Under the pieces are notes generated by a model. It saw only the letters and a list, made by a program, of their open reading frames with translations. It was not told the DNA's origin and ran no database searches. From contig OX597821.1 of NCBI GenBank assembly GCA_951406725.2, positions 32,240,001-32,304,000 of the forward strand: a stretch of DNA of 64,000 nucleotides, given 5' to 3'. This document shows, piece by piece, positions 14,471 through 28,365 of this stretch. Within the stretch, counting starts at the first letter, position 1; each line of letters starts with the position of its first letter. The translations under genes and the position numbers were made by a program. Source of the DNA: Octopus vulgaris (Eukaryota).

Positions 14471-16226
14471 AAAGATGACAAGATGATATTTGAGTGAGCG
14501 TTGATTATTATTTCTGGCATGTTGAATGCGACGTAGTAGTTTCCTGCTTGACATGTATATTTTGATATGTTCCGTAGCTACTGTATAAGATGGACATAAG
14601 GAACTACAAAATATAAAGTAACATTTCAACAAATAAAAAGGTAACTAGATATTTATTATAGATATTATAGGGCAGTATACCGACTTCGTAGAAATTCCCA
14701 CGGTTCTTGTCAGAATTTATTATGTACCTGTAACTTCTGAGTACACTTCCAGATGGGGCAGTATTTTCCTTTCATTGTTCTAGGTTTACAGTTGCTTAAT
14801 CCCAGGTCAAACTTAATTTAGCAAACCTAAGATCAAAGAAATTCCAATGGTGCACATCTTGTTAGTTATGAAAATTATATAATCATCTTCTGTTTCACAC
14901 TCAAATAGAATGATTTGAGGAAATGTTTTCGGTATTTGTTGCAGGTTGTGCAACAATTTAGAGGCAAGTCCGTACATTCAATCCATTCCGTTTTGATAGA
15001 ATAACTGCCAGTTAATTATTGTATGTTTATTAACTTGACTGCAACACTTCCCTAAACTGTATCAGTTTGTACCTTTGTTAGAAATGCCAATTATTATCGT
15101 TTGCTTCACTTCAATATTTCGAGTTATTTTTAATCATGTGTAAATTTGTATTTAGCTGCTGCAATTTTACGATAGGATGTTTTAAGCAGTTTTGAACAAG
15201 TTGGATATAACGTAAGAATTCTGACAAGAGATTTTGAATAATGTCATTTACTTTAATGCCGGAAATTAATAGTGGGATTTAGGGAGTTCATTTCATATAC
15301 TTACAGGCATCAAATGCATAAACAAACATTAAGTATATTCAGACGTTATCTTATTTGTGTTTAGTATGCAGAACGCTCCCCTGAGGTTTTTCCATCAGCC
15401 ATATTATTAAATATATTGCTCACTTAAAATTAGATGTCTTTAGATGGAAAGCCAATCTAACAACATAAAAGCCGTTAACATACGGACGTACAATTCCGAT
15501 CAAAATACTAAGAACTATTTCGGCTATCAGAGAATAAGAATCAAATAGCAGTGAACAGACGAATCGTGTTAGAGTAGTTAAACGTTTAAAATGAAAAGCA
15601 TTCAGCATTCTCGGAAAAGATAAGCAATGCATTACGGTAGAAAGTAAACTAATAAGAATGTACGTCGATATATGACAAAGTAAGAGGAAAATGGATCGAA
15701 AGGTTAATACTTAACCGTACCAAAGCGGTTTCTTTTCTCGGATATGGAGCGCGAACCACTGAAGTGCTTGACAAGAATAAAAACAAGCTATGAACTGCTA
15801 CTTTTTTAGGTTTTGGGAGGGAAATTTCAGGACCGATAGTATTTTTTTTTTAAATAAAAGTGAGTGAAAGTATTATGTTCACTTGCAGATAGTTTTAAAA
15901 TATGTGCTTGTAGGGTCTTTACTGATAGAGTAAAAATAGAAATGAATTTTTGAATGTGTGTTATTGCGAATTTAAAAGGAATGCGAGAGAGAATTATGGA
16001 AATGTTCTCCATAGAAATGTTGCGTACGGAGAAGACATTACGCATAGGATGATTTCACAGATGTAGCTAATCGTCGGAAATGATCTGTTGAAATGTGGGT
16101 TCTAGTAGAGACTCTACACTGTACTATAAACGAAGTTTACTATTTTGAGGACAATTACGAAGGGTCATATTTGATGAGCCAAACCTATTCAGTTTACGCG
16201 GAGTGATATTGATGTGTCAAATCTAT

Positions 16227-16612
16227 GCAGGAGTGGCTGTGTGGTAAGTAACTTGCTTACCAACCACATGGTTCCTGGTTCATTCCCATTGCTTGGCACC
16301 TTGGGCAAGTGTCTTCTACTATAGCCTCGGGCCGATCAAAGCATTGTGAGTGGATTTGGTAGACGGAAACTGAAGGAAAGCCGTCGTATATATGTATGTG
16401 TCAGTGTTTGTCCCCCCCCAACATCGCTTGACAACCGATGCTGGTGTGTTTACGTCCCCGTAACTTAGCGGTTCGGCAAAAGTCTCCGATAGAATAAATA
16501 CTGGGCTTACAAAGAATAAGTCCTAGGGTCGATTTTCACGATTAAAGGCGGTGCTCCAGTATAGCCGCAGTCAAATGACTGAAACAAGTAAAAGAGTAAA
16601 AGGGTAAAAGAG
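16227..16612 (+). mobile_element. SINE family 1
   Basis: Full head-to-tail match to the other copies. Confidence 0.85.
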
Positions 16613-19191
16613 TTGTTAATTCGATGAACTTTTCAAATGTAGTAGGCTGCATTTATCGTGTTTACTGCCGCACTGCAGCTGGGTACGAATCACATCGGTG
16701 ATCTGAAGTAGGACTTAATTTTTTGCGCTCTTGAAAATTCGTCACGATGAACAATTTCTGGCATATATATGTATCCCACAGCACAGCGGAACTGAGAAAA
16801 ATTTACGAACAAGGAGTGTCAAAGTGTACGAGTAGTAGCGGTACTGAACTGTAACAGGAGAGGATGTAAGGTGGATTGTCTTTATCAAACAATGCGAAGA
16901 TCATCCGAGAGGGTCGGATGTTGTAATTTGCAAGCAGCTACGAAATTAGTTAGGGAAATAATTAAAACAGGTTAAGTGTCAGTTGCCATCAAGAATGCTT
17001 GTGATTGTATAACGTTAGTTCAATAACGTTTCAATAGAAAAATGCTTATACTCGGCGGCAGTAATTCCAGCATAAGAGATACGCAAGAATCATGACAGTG
17101 AAACCGTGGAGTATATTGTGACGTGTTAATCTGGTATTATCACTTCGGTATTAATCTTCATGATAGATTGTTTTCTATATATTATTATCTCTATCCAATT
17201 TCATCTTGTCTTCCTTTCAGATATATATTTAGGATAAACATTATACAAAATAACACGCCTTTGCGAGAATATCGTGTTTGTTCTGAGTTAGATTTGACTG
17301 CAATTTTTAATAGTTCGAGCAATTTTTGTTGCTTATTAATTGAGGAATGATGTAGCAACAACCGTAATATGAGTGCACAATATCTAACAATGAATGTTTC
17401 TAGTCGATGTTAGATTTGTTATATCTAGTTATATACCGTTAAGTAATAAGTTCAAATTACATCAATGCTAAATGTTATTTTTAATACCTCCTGGTTCCGG
17501 AAAATCAAGTACTAGACTCTATTAAGTCATATTATTTAGATTATGTTTTATAACTCGTCTGAGTTTCACAATCACTTGTTCAAGATTAATAACATAATTT
17601 ACCGGTTCTGTACTTCGGTTGTAATATAAATGACAGTATACTACGTTTATATCTTTTAGTCAGACGAGAAGAGAGTGTATATGACTTGTTACGGGGATTC
17701 CTAGTCTTGCGATATGGATGAAAGAAGATACGTCGAAACTGAAATCCTGTCCCGTTTGCCAGCAATGAGGACAGGCTTGGGCCTTGGGAATATTTCTAGA
17801 GATACCACAGGCACTAAGTGGTGTAGTTAACCTGGATGACGGTTTAAGTCTACCGCCCATATTGAAGTTTGAAATTATAACGCAAAGAGCCGGAATAAAT
17901 TCCACAAAATATCTGGTTTTACGTTTCTACTATTCTGCCAATCCACCTCTGAGATTTTGAACTCTGTGCACCGTCAGTCGAAGAAATTCTGCGAATCATT
18001 CCCTCTGACTCCCTAACAACTCCGCCAGTTCACCACCTGATTGTTTCTTCCCATAAAACGATTCAGTTTCACACATTAGTTAGAAATTCGTAATTATGAA
18101 CCTTGACCATGACCCTCTATTAGGTCTCTCTTTTCCCCCACATTATATTCTGTCATTTAAGTTCCCTAATTCTTTCAATTTGCACATATAAGTAAGTGGA
18201 ACTTTCCCGGAAACAAAATATCCGTAAGAAAATGGGAATTCTGATCGTCGTTTTTCTTTTATCGTTACCTTTATTTTTATTTTTATTTATTTCTTGTTAA
18301 TTTTAATTATTTTCTTTATTTTCATTTTTTTGTTTATTTGTCTTATCACCTACAGTCCCTAAATATTACTTTCAGACTATAACCATTTCGGCAATTAACA
18401 TAGATAGACGGCGGTCGTTGTTTACGGAGCTGAACAATTCCACTGATTAAAAACAAGCGAATTGAGTAAACCTAATCTCATGTGAATGAACATTCGTTCA
18501 GAATGAAATATTATATCAATATTGCGTAGGTATTTGTTTCTACATTGTCATTTTACGTATATTATTGTTTCTCTTACAAAAACGACTGGTTTTTTTTTTC
18601 ACTTATTTGATTATTTTCCTATGTTTATACTCGGTTTGGAACAGAAAGTAACTGTACTTCTTCACGTAATTGAAATATCTTCCGAGAGATATAATATTCA
18701 AAATTGTTTTCTTCAAATATTTCTATTTTTTTAAAACGCTTTCGTCTTATTTTATGTTTGTTTCTTTAATTTTCCTTTCCCACTTATTTGTTTTCCTGCC
18801 AATTTGTTCAATGTAATATTTTTTCTTAGTTACAAAACAATTTCTATGTAAATGTGAAAACTGTATGTAGGTTGGTCAGGATTTTCAATTTCCTGCCGAA
18901 ATATGAGAATCTCAAACAGCACCTTCCGTATCTAGTTTTGTAAGTTTTATTTCATAATATTCTTAGAGAATTGAGTTGGAAACATCGGTTGCGCAAGTGG
19001 TGTATTCAAACACTTGCCTTGACTTTCTAATCTAAGCATAGCCTATTATGCCTTTAGATCATATGAAATAGATAATATAAAGAAGCTCTCAAGTCGAAAT
19101 ATAATCGATGATATTGACCCAAATGTGAATTTCTAGAATGTACACACACACACAGACACATATATATATAGATATATATATAGATAGATAA

Positions 19192-19226
<35 letters not shown>

Positions 19227-19249
19227 TACATACATATATACATACATAT

Positions 19250-19333
19250 ATTTCTGGACAGACTTTCTCCCACCAACCGAAAGGTAATTGAATGTGTCAT
19301 AGCCACTATCTCCTAACAATGAATATCTATCTT

Positions 19334-19394
<61 letters not shown>

Positions 19395-19437
19395 CTATCA
19401 TACATACATACAGACAGACAGACAGACAGATAGATAT

Positions 19438-19491
<54 letters not shown>

Positions 19492-19531
19492 GGATGGATC
19501 GAAAGATAGATAGACAGACAGACAGGCAGAC

Positions 19532-19624
<93 letters not shown>

Positions 19625-19698
19625 TTCATTGTTAGGAGATAGTGGCTATGACACATTCAATTACCTTTCGGTTGGTGGGAGAAAGTCTGTCCAGAAAT
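19250..19698. repeat. Foldback: perfect ~77-bp inverted repeat extended inward by (TATC)n/(GATA)n
   Basis: 19250-19326 is the reverse complement of ~19621-19698. Confidence 0.9.
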
Positions 19699-20174
19699 CG
19701 TAGGTGGGTATGAATGCTAGAAACAAAGGAACCACCATTAGACACTTCAATGATGTCAAATAATATCGATAAACTTGAGTAACAGCTCAATATATACTTA
19801 ACTCCAAACTAAATTCGGGGTTAAATTTAACTATCCTGCTTAATATATTCGGGGTGTCATCTGAACTCGGTCAGAATAAACCTGCAGTATAAAAATCCTC
19901 GGATCTATCATACACAGCTTGGGCGGATTATTTCTTCTACCAAACACAATGAGAAACTAGCTGCTCAGAGTTCTACTGTGAAATCAACAGTCCTGTTAAA
20001 GAATGTTCATACACCGAACTCAATAATTAAATTTTTATTTCATTCCTTAGACAGGCGAAGAATCCTTTTTTAACTAAAATACGTAAATTCCATCGTTTCA
20101 ATGCCAGTGCAAGCTAATCAAAAGTTAACTACGATGAAACATGGCGGTTAATAGGACATTTATGAAAACGTGAT

Positions 20175-20472
20175 TATGTGATCCACCAGACTATCACATG
20201 TTGTTATACATCGCTGTTTACAATGCGCTTTGACTCGTTGTAGCTTTCAAATGATGTCACTCCACTGGCTAGGTTATCGGGCTAACATCGCGCAATCTCA
20301 TTGGAAGTTTAGCCCGTCGCAGATTTATCCATTTACAGCTGAGTTCACTGGAACAAGGAGAAATGAATGAGGTGTTTTGTTGAAGAACACAACACGCGGC
20401 CAATCTGGGAATCGAAACCACGACCTCATGATCGAGAGTGCTACACGCCTAACCAATAGTCCACATGCCTTC
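20175..20472 (-). mobile_element. SINE family 2-related, diverged
   Basis: TGGGAATCGAAACC B box on +; tail homologous to 4310-4405. Confidence 0.6.
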
Positions 20473-20639
20473 ATACATATCTAAACGCTGGTTACAAAAT
20501 ATAAGGCTTGGTCTGTCATGATTTGGCAACACATATATTCTGACCATACCTTCTGAAACTGGTAATGACTTTGATCTCAGCACCAATCGCTCATACTTCA
20601 TCCTGTTAGATTCCAGATGCAGTTGTATACTCATTGAGA

Positions 20640-21300
20640 TACTGGTACAAGTACTGTTGGAATAAACGCCGCAGACACATCAACGAAATTTGGACCCTCA
20701 TATACTAATCTGATTATGGGATTTACTTCTAAAATAGATTTAAAACAGATTTACTTCTAAAATAGAAGTAAATCTGTATAAAGAAGTAGAGAAAAATATC
20801 ACTAAAATTTCGAGTGATATGTCATTGAAAACTGGAAACCCTTCCTCCATGATTGCTTTATAATATGTTAGAAATCAAATGATGATTTACAGATATTCAA
20901 TAACATTCTAAATATCCATCGCTCATCTATCAATTTCACTTCATAAACCAAATATAATGACTTACTGTCCTTAGACATTCATGTAAAGGTACGTGATTCC
21001 ACAGTAAAAGCTGATATATTTCACAAAAGAAAAAATAGACACACACCAGTATTTGAACTTCGACTCTTGCCATGATTCACACATCAAAAGTAATCTCCTA
21101 TATATTACTGCAAGACGTAGTTGATTTGAATACACGTCAAATGCGACTCAATAAACTCAAAAGCCTCCCAGACAACAGAATTACCCCTTAAAATTAATAA
21201 ATAGTGTAACTATAAAGACGATGAAGCTGGACATCATACAAATCAGGACACCCAAAAGTAAAAAGATAAAGAAAATGTTATACATTTATGAATACACATA
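20640..21300 (+). mobile_element. Penelope-like RT fragment
   Basis: Decayed TKFGPSYTNLIMG, INFT, LDIHV, QYLNFDSCHDSHIKSNL motifs. Confidence 0.6.
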
Positions 21301-22290
21301 ATGCAGGAGTAACCAGCGCACTCTACACTGTAAAAAACAAAGCTGCCAATACTTTACAAAGCTGACAAAATGAAAAATCTGGTTGATGAAATAGTAGACA
21401 TCTGCCAAAAATTCTTGGTTGTTGGTCATATAGATGGTCTCGATCACATTAGTGCCTTCACAAAATTGAATAATAGTTCTTTCGACTATAATATTCACTC
21501 TAAAAATCTACCTACTACCTATTTGAAATGGACACACTTACATAAAATTTAAGTCATACCTTCTGTAATAGAAATCAACGTAATTGTTTTCTATTATATC
21601 ATTGTAACGGATTTCTGTTATATTCCATTATAACATCAAGGCAACGTGTCTCAATACTATGATTTGTATTAGTTCTCCGTTATGTCCCAATAAAAAAATC
21701 TACTATTTCACATCATCCATTTTTACTGAAATGTACAAATTTGGTATATTTTCCTTACGTTTGATATAACTAACATTTAAAGTTGTTAGACAAAATGCAG
21801 ATGAGATAAATTGAAATTAAATTTTTGTATGGATTTTCCTAAGTTTTATAATTATAATTCCCATCACGTAGTGTTTGTGAAGTTAAACTATAAAATTTTT
21901 TCATACTTAAAAATGATATGATCAAATGAGTATCTAAGCTTTCATTTTTATTTTTATCATGTGTTTATAAATTCACTATCATAAGCTACTTTTATGTTCA
22001 TTTTCTTAGAGCTATGGTCTGACTTCAAAGACGATTTAAATATGTAACTTTTGATGTATTAAATGCACAAGTGCAAATTATACTTCCACTTTTTATTAAA
22101 TACTGATCTGACATTAGATATTTATGTTTAAAAAACACTCTTCTTTCGGCTACAGTAAACACAATGCATCACTCTCAAAGTACAGATGATAAATATCCTA
22201 TGCTATAAATTATTTATCAACTGATTACTAGTCTCCAACCACCTACTTATTTGCCAGTAATTAAACTAAGGTATAATATATGTTTATATA

Positions 22291-23438
22291 CAGGGTACGA
22301 AGGGTAAATTGTTGCTATTTTATAATTGTAATTTCGCGCATGCGCATTGTTTGTTTTTGCGTTTGCCGACTACACATTATAGTAGGGTCAGTTGGGCACC
22401 GTCTGTGAGAAAAACAGCATCATCACGCAATTCACTCTGCAGAAATTTGGAAACGATATGCTGTACTGCTTGGCATTCACGCCAGAAGCTCCAATACGAA
22501 CATTTAAGAGAGTTTGGGTGTCAATCTGAGGACAGTGCACGTACCGAGAGTGATAAAAGTTACACATCCAGTTAATATCATGGTTTTGGGAGTGATAACT
22601 AGTGACGGTAACGTTATGCCTCCATTCACCTTCCTATGGGACCTCACATTTAGCACGTAAGCTGCTTGTAAGAGGTAGTGCTACCCTGAGTCAAGAGGGT
22701 GGCTGGTGGAAGACCGTATATCTGGCAGCGGGACTCTGCACCATGCCACACAAACGCAGTTACATTCAGCAGCAAATAATATTAAAATCAAAACTGCGTA
22801 GCAAAAAGGCTTTGAAATTACGATAAGTTTACTGTGAAAATAAGGGTAGAAAATTTAGAAAAAATTTCATACCAGTGGCTAGCATGCTTAATAAAGTCAA
22901 AAGACAGCATATTTTCATACATAATAGTGTACAAACAATTAAGGTGACTTTTGACAGGACACCTTACATGCTAGAAAGGGCAGTCAAACCCAAATCAAGA
23001 ATAAAACCATTTTCAAAGAGAATGTATTTATATAGTTAACCCGAAACTCGAGTCATGTTGCCAGACACAGGGTCTTTCACCAGCCACGCTGGTGTTCAAT
23101 GTGACGCCGTGTTGGATCACTAGTGATCACACCAAGCACCATGATGTTGACTGAATGTTTGAATTTTATTATTCTCCGTACAGGTTTTGGGAACAGGGCA
23201 AGCCAGCGGTTGTTCGGTTCACCATCAGTTTGTATTGGAGCTTCCGGCGCGAATGCCACGCAGTACAGCATGTCAATCCAAATGTCTGGCCGAATGAACT
23301 GCGTCATGGTGTTGTTTTTGTCACAGACGGTGCCCAACTGACCCGACGATACTTTTTTGTCAAGAAAATCAAAAACAAACAAAGCGCATGTGCGGAATTA
23401 AATGTCTAATATGGTAACAATTTACCCATCGCACACTG
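22291..23438. mobile_element. Two inverted, diverged copies of the same Tc1/mariner-like left end (22291-22640 +, 23040-23438 -)
   Basis: Both start CAG(G/T)GT(A/G)CGA(A/T)GGGTAAATTGTT, share GGGTCAGTTGGGCACCGTCTGTGA and encode IMVLGVITSD. Confidence 0.65.
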
Positions 23439-23857
23439 TGTGTGTGTGTGTAAACACTCACACACACGAAGGGGTGCTGAAAAAGTTCCTGGCTGTGGAT
23501 AAAAGAAAATGCAGGAGGATAAGCTAACTATGATTTTATTCAACATAATGGCGAATAAGCCCGCCATTTTCATAGATATGTAAACATAAACATTCGTACA
23601 TGCTACGACGAATTCTACGGTTGGCTATCGAGCTTGTAACGTTATGTTTTTTCTTATATACCTTGAGTTTGTTGCACTGATGAACATAGAATGCATATTC
23701 TGCATTAATTGCGAAATCACAGGTGATATGTAACTAAATTCTTTTTTTAAATGATTTGCTTTCAAGTTTTGCATTCGGTAAAATTTTGTTTATTTTAGTA
23801 GATTTGACCGCATTGGTCCCTCTTAGCGTCTGGTATCTACGAATAGTAGTACCCTCA

Positions 23858-23916
<59 letters not shown>

Positions 23917-24236
23917 ATATGTGACAATTATTCGGCAGCCAAGATAAAACTCTGAGTTTCGGATGCCGAGGCGGAAATCCACAAGAAATCGGTTATCTGG
24001 CCATCTGAAAAACGCTATGAAAAACACCGTTATACAAAGGGAATTTACTGTGTTATAAGTCCGCTACTTATATAAAAGCGCTAATTCAATAACCGCTAAT
24101 TAAAATAAGGTTAAAAGTTCATAGTAAACACGTAAGCATGCCTGCTCATATACACACATGATTATATATATATATGTATACATATATATAGATATATATA
24201 TGTTTATATATATATATATACTTTATTTAAAGCAGC

Positions 24237-24281
<45 letters not shown>

Positions 24282-24368
24282 TAAATATATGGCACAACGA
24301 AGTACCGATATTTACTGGAAAATAGCGAACGTATTGCATTACTATATATATATATATACATATATATA

Positions 24369-24574
24369 TTCTTTTACTCTTTTACTTGTTTCAGTCATTT
24401 TGACTGCGGCCATGATGGAGCACCGCCTTTAGTCGAGCAACTCGACCCAGGACCTATTGCTTGGAAGCCTAGCACTTATTCTATCGGGCTCCTTTTACCG
24501 AACCGCTAAGTTACGGGGACGTAAACACACTAGCATCGGTTGTCAAGCGATGTTGAGGGGACACACACAGACAC

Positions 24575-24629
<55 letters not shown>

Positions 24630-24792
24630 CATATATACGACGGGCTTCTTTCAGTTTCCGTCTACCAAATCCACTCACAAGGCTTTGGTCGGCCCGAGGT
24701 TATAGTAGAAGGCACTTGCCCAAGGTGCCACGCAGTGGGACTGAACCCGGAACAATGTGGCTCGTAAGCAAGCAACTTACCACAAAGCCACA
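24369..24792 (-). mobile_element. SINE family 1
   Basis: Homologous to the other copies. Confidence 0.85.
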
Positions 24793-24794
24793 TA

Positions 24795-25730
24795 TCAGAT
24801 AATGTATCTAGTGGTTCTAAAAAGAGGCCTAGGAATATTATTTGGTTCGCCCCTCCCTTTTCCCTTAATATAAGAACTAACGTTGGAAAAAGATTCTTGT
24901 CACTCGTAGACAAACACTTATACAGCCAGACACATACACAGGGCATTATTTAATAGGCTTTATGTGAAATTATCACATAGTTACTGCCCCAGTATGAAAA
25001 GTATCATTACTCGTGGTCTGCGCCAAGAATTTGAATCCAGCTGCAAATGCCGCGACCCAGGATACTATCCTCTTGACCAACGATATACGACTAAATCTAT
25101 CATATATGAGGCAGAGGTTACTGCAGCCCAGAGTAATACAACTGATAAGAAGAGCAGTAAGGGATTATATGAAGGAGAATTTAAAAATCGTTATGCTAAT
25201 CACATAGCCTCCTTCTGGCATAGGGACAAAGGTAAAGCTACTAAGTTAGGGCTTTGAAATTTAACGAAATACCGCATGCGATTAAATGTAAAGTAATTGA
25301 GAAATCCATACCTTATGTGCATAGATCAAATAAATATAGACTTTTTTTAGGCCGAAAGATCGCAGATCCTGTTCAAATCTAAGATGCATAGTTTTCATTT
25401 GAACTCCAGGTCAGACATTTTCAGCGGTAGCATACATATGCATAAATATATTTTGAAGAATTGGAAAATTACGGTTATTACTGACTGATTTGATATGTTT
25501 TCAGCCTTATCATTTAAGGTCTAGGGAGGATAGCTCTTTTACTTTTTTTACCTTTTACTGTGTACTTTTGACATTTTACTTTCTGTTTTTCGTTTTCCGT
25601 TGTTTTCTATATACTGTATTCTCACATTTTTCGCGTTTCTTCTATTATTCAAGTTCTTTAGTTCGTTATGGTATGTCGGGTGTGCCTGAAGAATATGTTT
25701 GAGTTCCCTCAGCGTATGAAACATTAGTAA
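24795..25730 (+). mobile_element. Penelope-like element remnant (RT C-terminus/GIY-YIG region and 3' terminal repeat)
   Basis: RNIIWFAPPFSLNIRTNVGKRFL..VKLSHSYCPSMKSII..CKCR..PLD..IIYEAEV..GLYEGEFKNRYANHIASF, typical of PLE C-termini. Confidence 0.8.
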
Positions 25731-25768
25731 CGTATTAATACATGTATTGTGTAATCTAAATAAAAAAA

Positions 25769-25818
<50 letters not shown>

Positions 25819-26431
25819 TATATATATATATGCATATATATATATATATATATAAAATATATATATATAAATATAATATTCACAAATATACATATATATA
25901 TATATCTATATATATATACATATATATATATATAAATACATATCTTTATATATATAAAACTGAGAATGTGTGTTTGTCTGCCTGTCTGTGTGTTTCCCTA
26001 AAACTTGAGAACTACACAACCAATTTCATTCAAATTTTACACATGCCTTACTTAGGGTCCATGTAGTTTCATGGGCAAAGAAAAATGTTCAACTTCTTGC
26101 CTAGAGCGAGCCCATAGCAATATCATATCTTCTCCACTATTTCAGCATTACGTGTTAAAAGTGAAACAAAAACGTTTCTCTATTTTATGTCAGATACTTT
26201 CACCTTAACAATAAAAATAATAATAACAATTGAATTATATGTAGTAAGTAATAATTAAAATCAAACTAAAGTATAATATAATCGTAACATAACAAAAGTA
26301 AAAATAGCAATTGGTATAAAATTGCATCAATGACTTGAACTTGAATAAATGGTTTCACATCATTGGGAATAAACCAAAAATAAAATTAGCGTGCAGAAAT
26401 GGAATAGTCCAGATGGATAATAAAAAATTAA

Positions 26432-26483
26432 ATTAAAGAAAAGACTATTGTCTATAAAGTATACAATGTAGAGGAAAAAGGGT
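26432..26483 (+). pseudogene. Left piece of an older ORF1 homologue interrupted by the array
   Basis: 26432-26482 translates IKEKTIVYKVYNVEEKG, aligning to unit YDKRTIVYRVFANERKR. Confidence 0.6.
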
Positions 26484-26645
26484 CGCGTTTTTTCGGCTCC
26501 TGAAAATTCGGTAAAAAAGAACAAAAAGCGTTGTTGTTGTTGTGGAAATTCTGAACGGCGTTGACGCGGTTTCGCGTTTCGCTCGTTCAGCGCGTTACAC
26601 TTTTTCTGTTTTGGCGGCCGTTTTCGGTCTGTCAGACAGAAGGAA

Positions 26646-28063
26646 ATGGACTATGAGTCTTTAACAGACTTGTCCACGACGGATGAGGAACTGGAACAGG
26701 CAATTGCAGTGAAGCTGATGGAGGAAAAGGCTGGAGTTTTCGAGTCTTTATCAGACTTGTCTACATCTGAGGAGGAGCTAGAAATAGCAGTGAGGAAAAT
26801 GGATCAGAAGCGGGGTTATACCTATGCCGGTGTAACCAAGAAGGCGGAAGAGAAAGGGGTCGACATGGCCAAGTTGCCAAGTTACCAGAAACACATGAAA
26901 AAGGAAAGCGGTGAGGTGGAACTATCACCGACACCCAGGAGAAAAGAATGGTATGATAAGAGGACCATTGTTTACAGGGTGTTCGCAAACGAAAGGAAGA
27001 GGGTAGAAGTTGTAACCATGGAATGGATAGAGGAAGCCCTGCGAAGAACTGAGGAGGAAATAAATTTTCTGACTCGAGGATCCAAGTACGGGACCGTAGT
27101 TGTGCACTTTAAAAGTGAATCTGTAGCGAGGAAGATGGCAGCGAAGGCGGTGAAGTCGGAAAAGGTAACACTGTTACCTACGTATTTAAACAGGAGGATT
27201 ACACGAATAAGGGTGGAGGGAGTGCCACCAAACGTGGAGGCAGAATGGATTGTGGCGGCTGTGATCAGCGGCCACGAGGACGAAGTGGATATTCTCCATG
27301 CCTCGGTTAAGTCCGAGGGCTGGAGAGGCGTAACAGTGGAGCTGAACGTACAGGCAGAGACCGAGGTACTGGTGGACCTGACGGAAAGCATCAGACTGGG
27401 AGAAGTGATCATGAGAGTGTGGGTGGAGGGCAGGGCTCCACGTTGTTACAAGTGTGGCCTGAGGGGTCACATAAGAGCCTTCTGCCCTCCCCCAGGGAAA
27501 GAAATGGATCCCGAACCAGAGAGAGAGAAGCAGAAACCAGAGGAGAAGGAAACAGAGGAAGAGAATACACAGAAATGGAAGGAAGCTGGAAGTAAGAGGA
27601 AGAGAAGAATATGTGGAAAAAAAGAAAATAATATGGAACTCCAATCTACCCCAAAACCTCCCACACCCTCTGAGTCCCACCCTATCCATGCAGACATTGA
27701 ACCCACCCGCTCCCCCCAACAAGAAAACAAAAGAAAAGAAAGAATACACACACACAAGAGATTGAAATCGAACCCAGGCCGTACATTTGTACTATGACTG
27801 AACAGAGGGATGTTAAAAGTCTAATGGAAGAGTATAAATGGTATGATGTTGGAGAGACTAGGTATGCTGTGATTGAAAAGAAGAACATAGGTGAGTTTAT
27901 GGGGAGGTGTGAAAGGGAGAATTGGGAGGTGAAAGATATAAGAATGAGCGATGAATTCGTGGAAAATATGAATGAGTATTTCGGAGTAAGAATGGATATG
28001 GAATTTATTCGTATTGGCAAAGAACATTCAAGTGACTATGAAAAACAAAGGACAGGTAAGTGA
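26646..28063 (+). CDS. U1 ORF1/gag-like CCHC zinc-knuckle protein, split into 383 aa (26646-27797) + 89 aa (27794-28063) by a homopolymer frameshift
   Basis: Motif VEGRAPRCYKCGLRGHIRAFC (CX2CX4HX4C) preceded by an RRM-like region; collinear with the open U8 ORF. Confidence 0.8.
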
Positions 28064-28365
28064 TGCTGACGGACGGGGCCGTTGGTATCGCTTTCATTTT
28101 ATCATTTTTTTTCGTTTAACAATACATGTTCATAAAGTTTAATTATAATGTTCTATGTCCCCATGTCTTTTGTTGTCCCCCTCTGTGTCGCCCCTTAGTG
28201 GGTAATAAAAAATCAGCTCTGTAAAATTCGGTAAAAAAGAACAAAAAGCGTTGTTGTTGTTGTGGAAATTCTGAACGGCGTTGACGCGGTTTCGCGTTTC
28301 GCTCGTTCAGCGCGTTACACTTTTTCTGTTTTGGCGGCCGTTTTCGGTCTGTCAGACAGAAGGAA

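Noticed and set aside
17650-18070. GC-richer patch with a CPHCWQTG peptide on the minus strand
   Set aside because: No extended homology or sustained frame visible; probably a decayed element.
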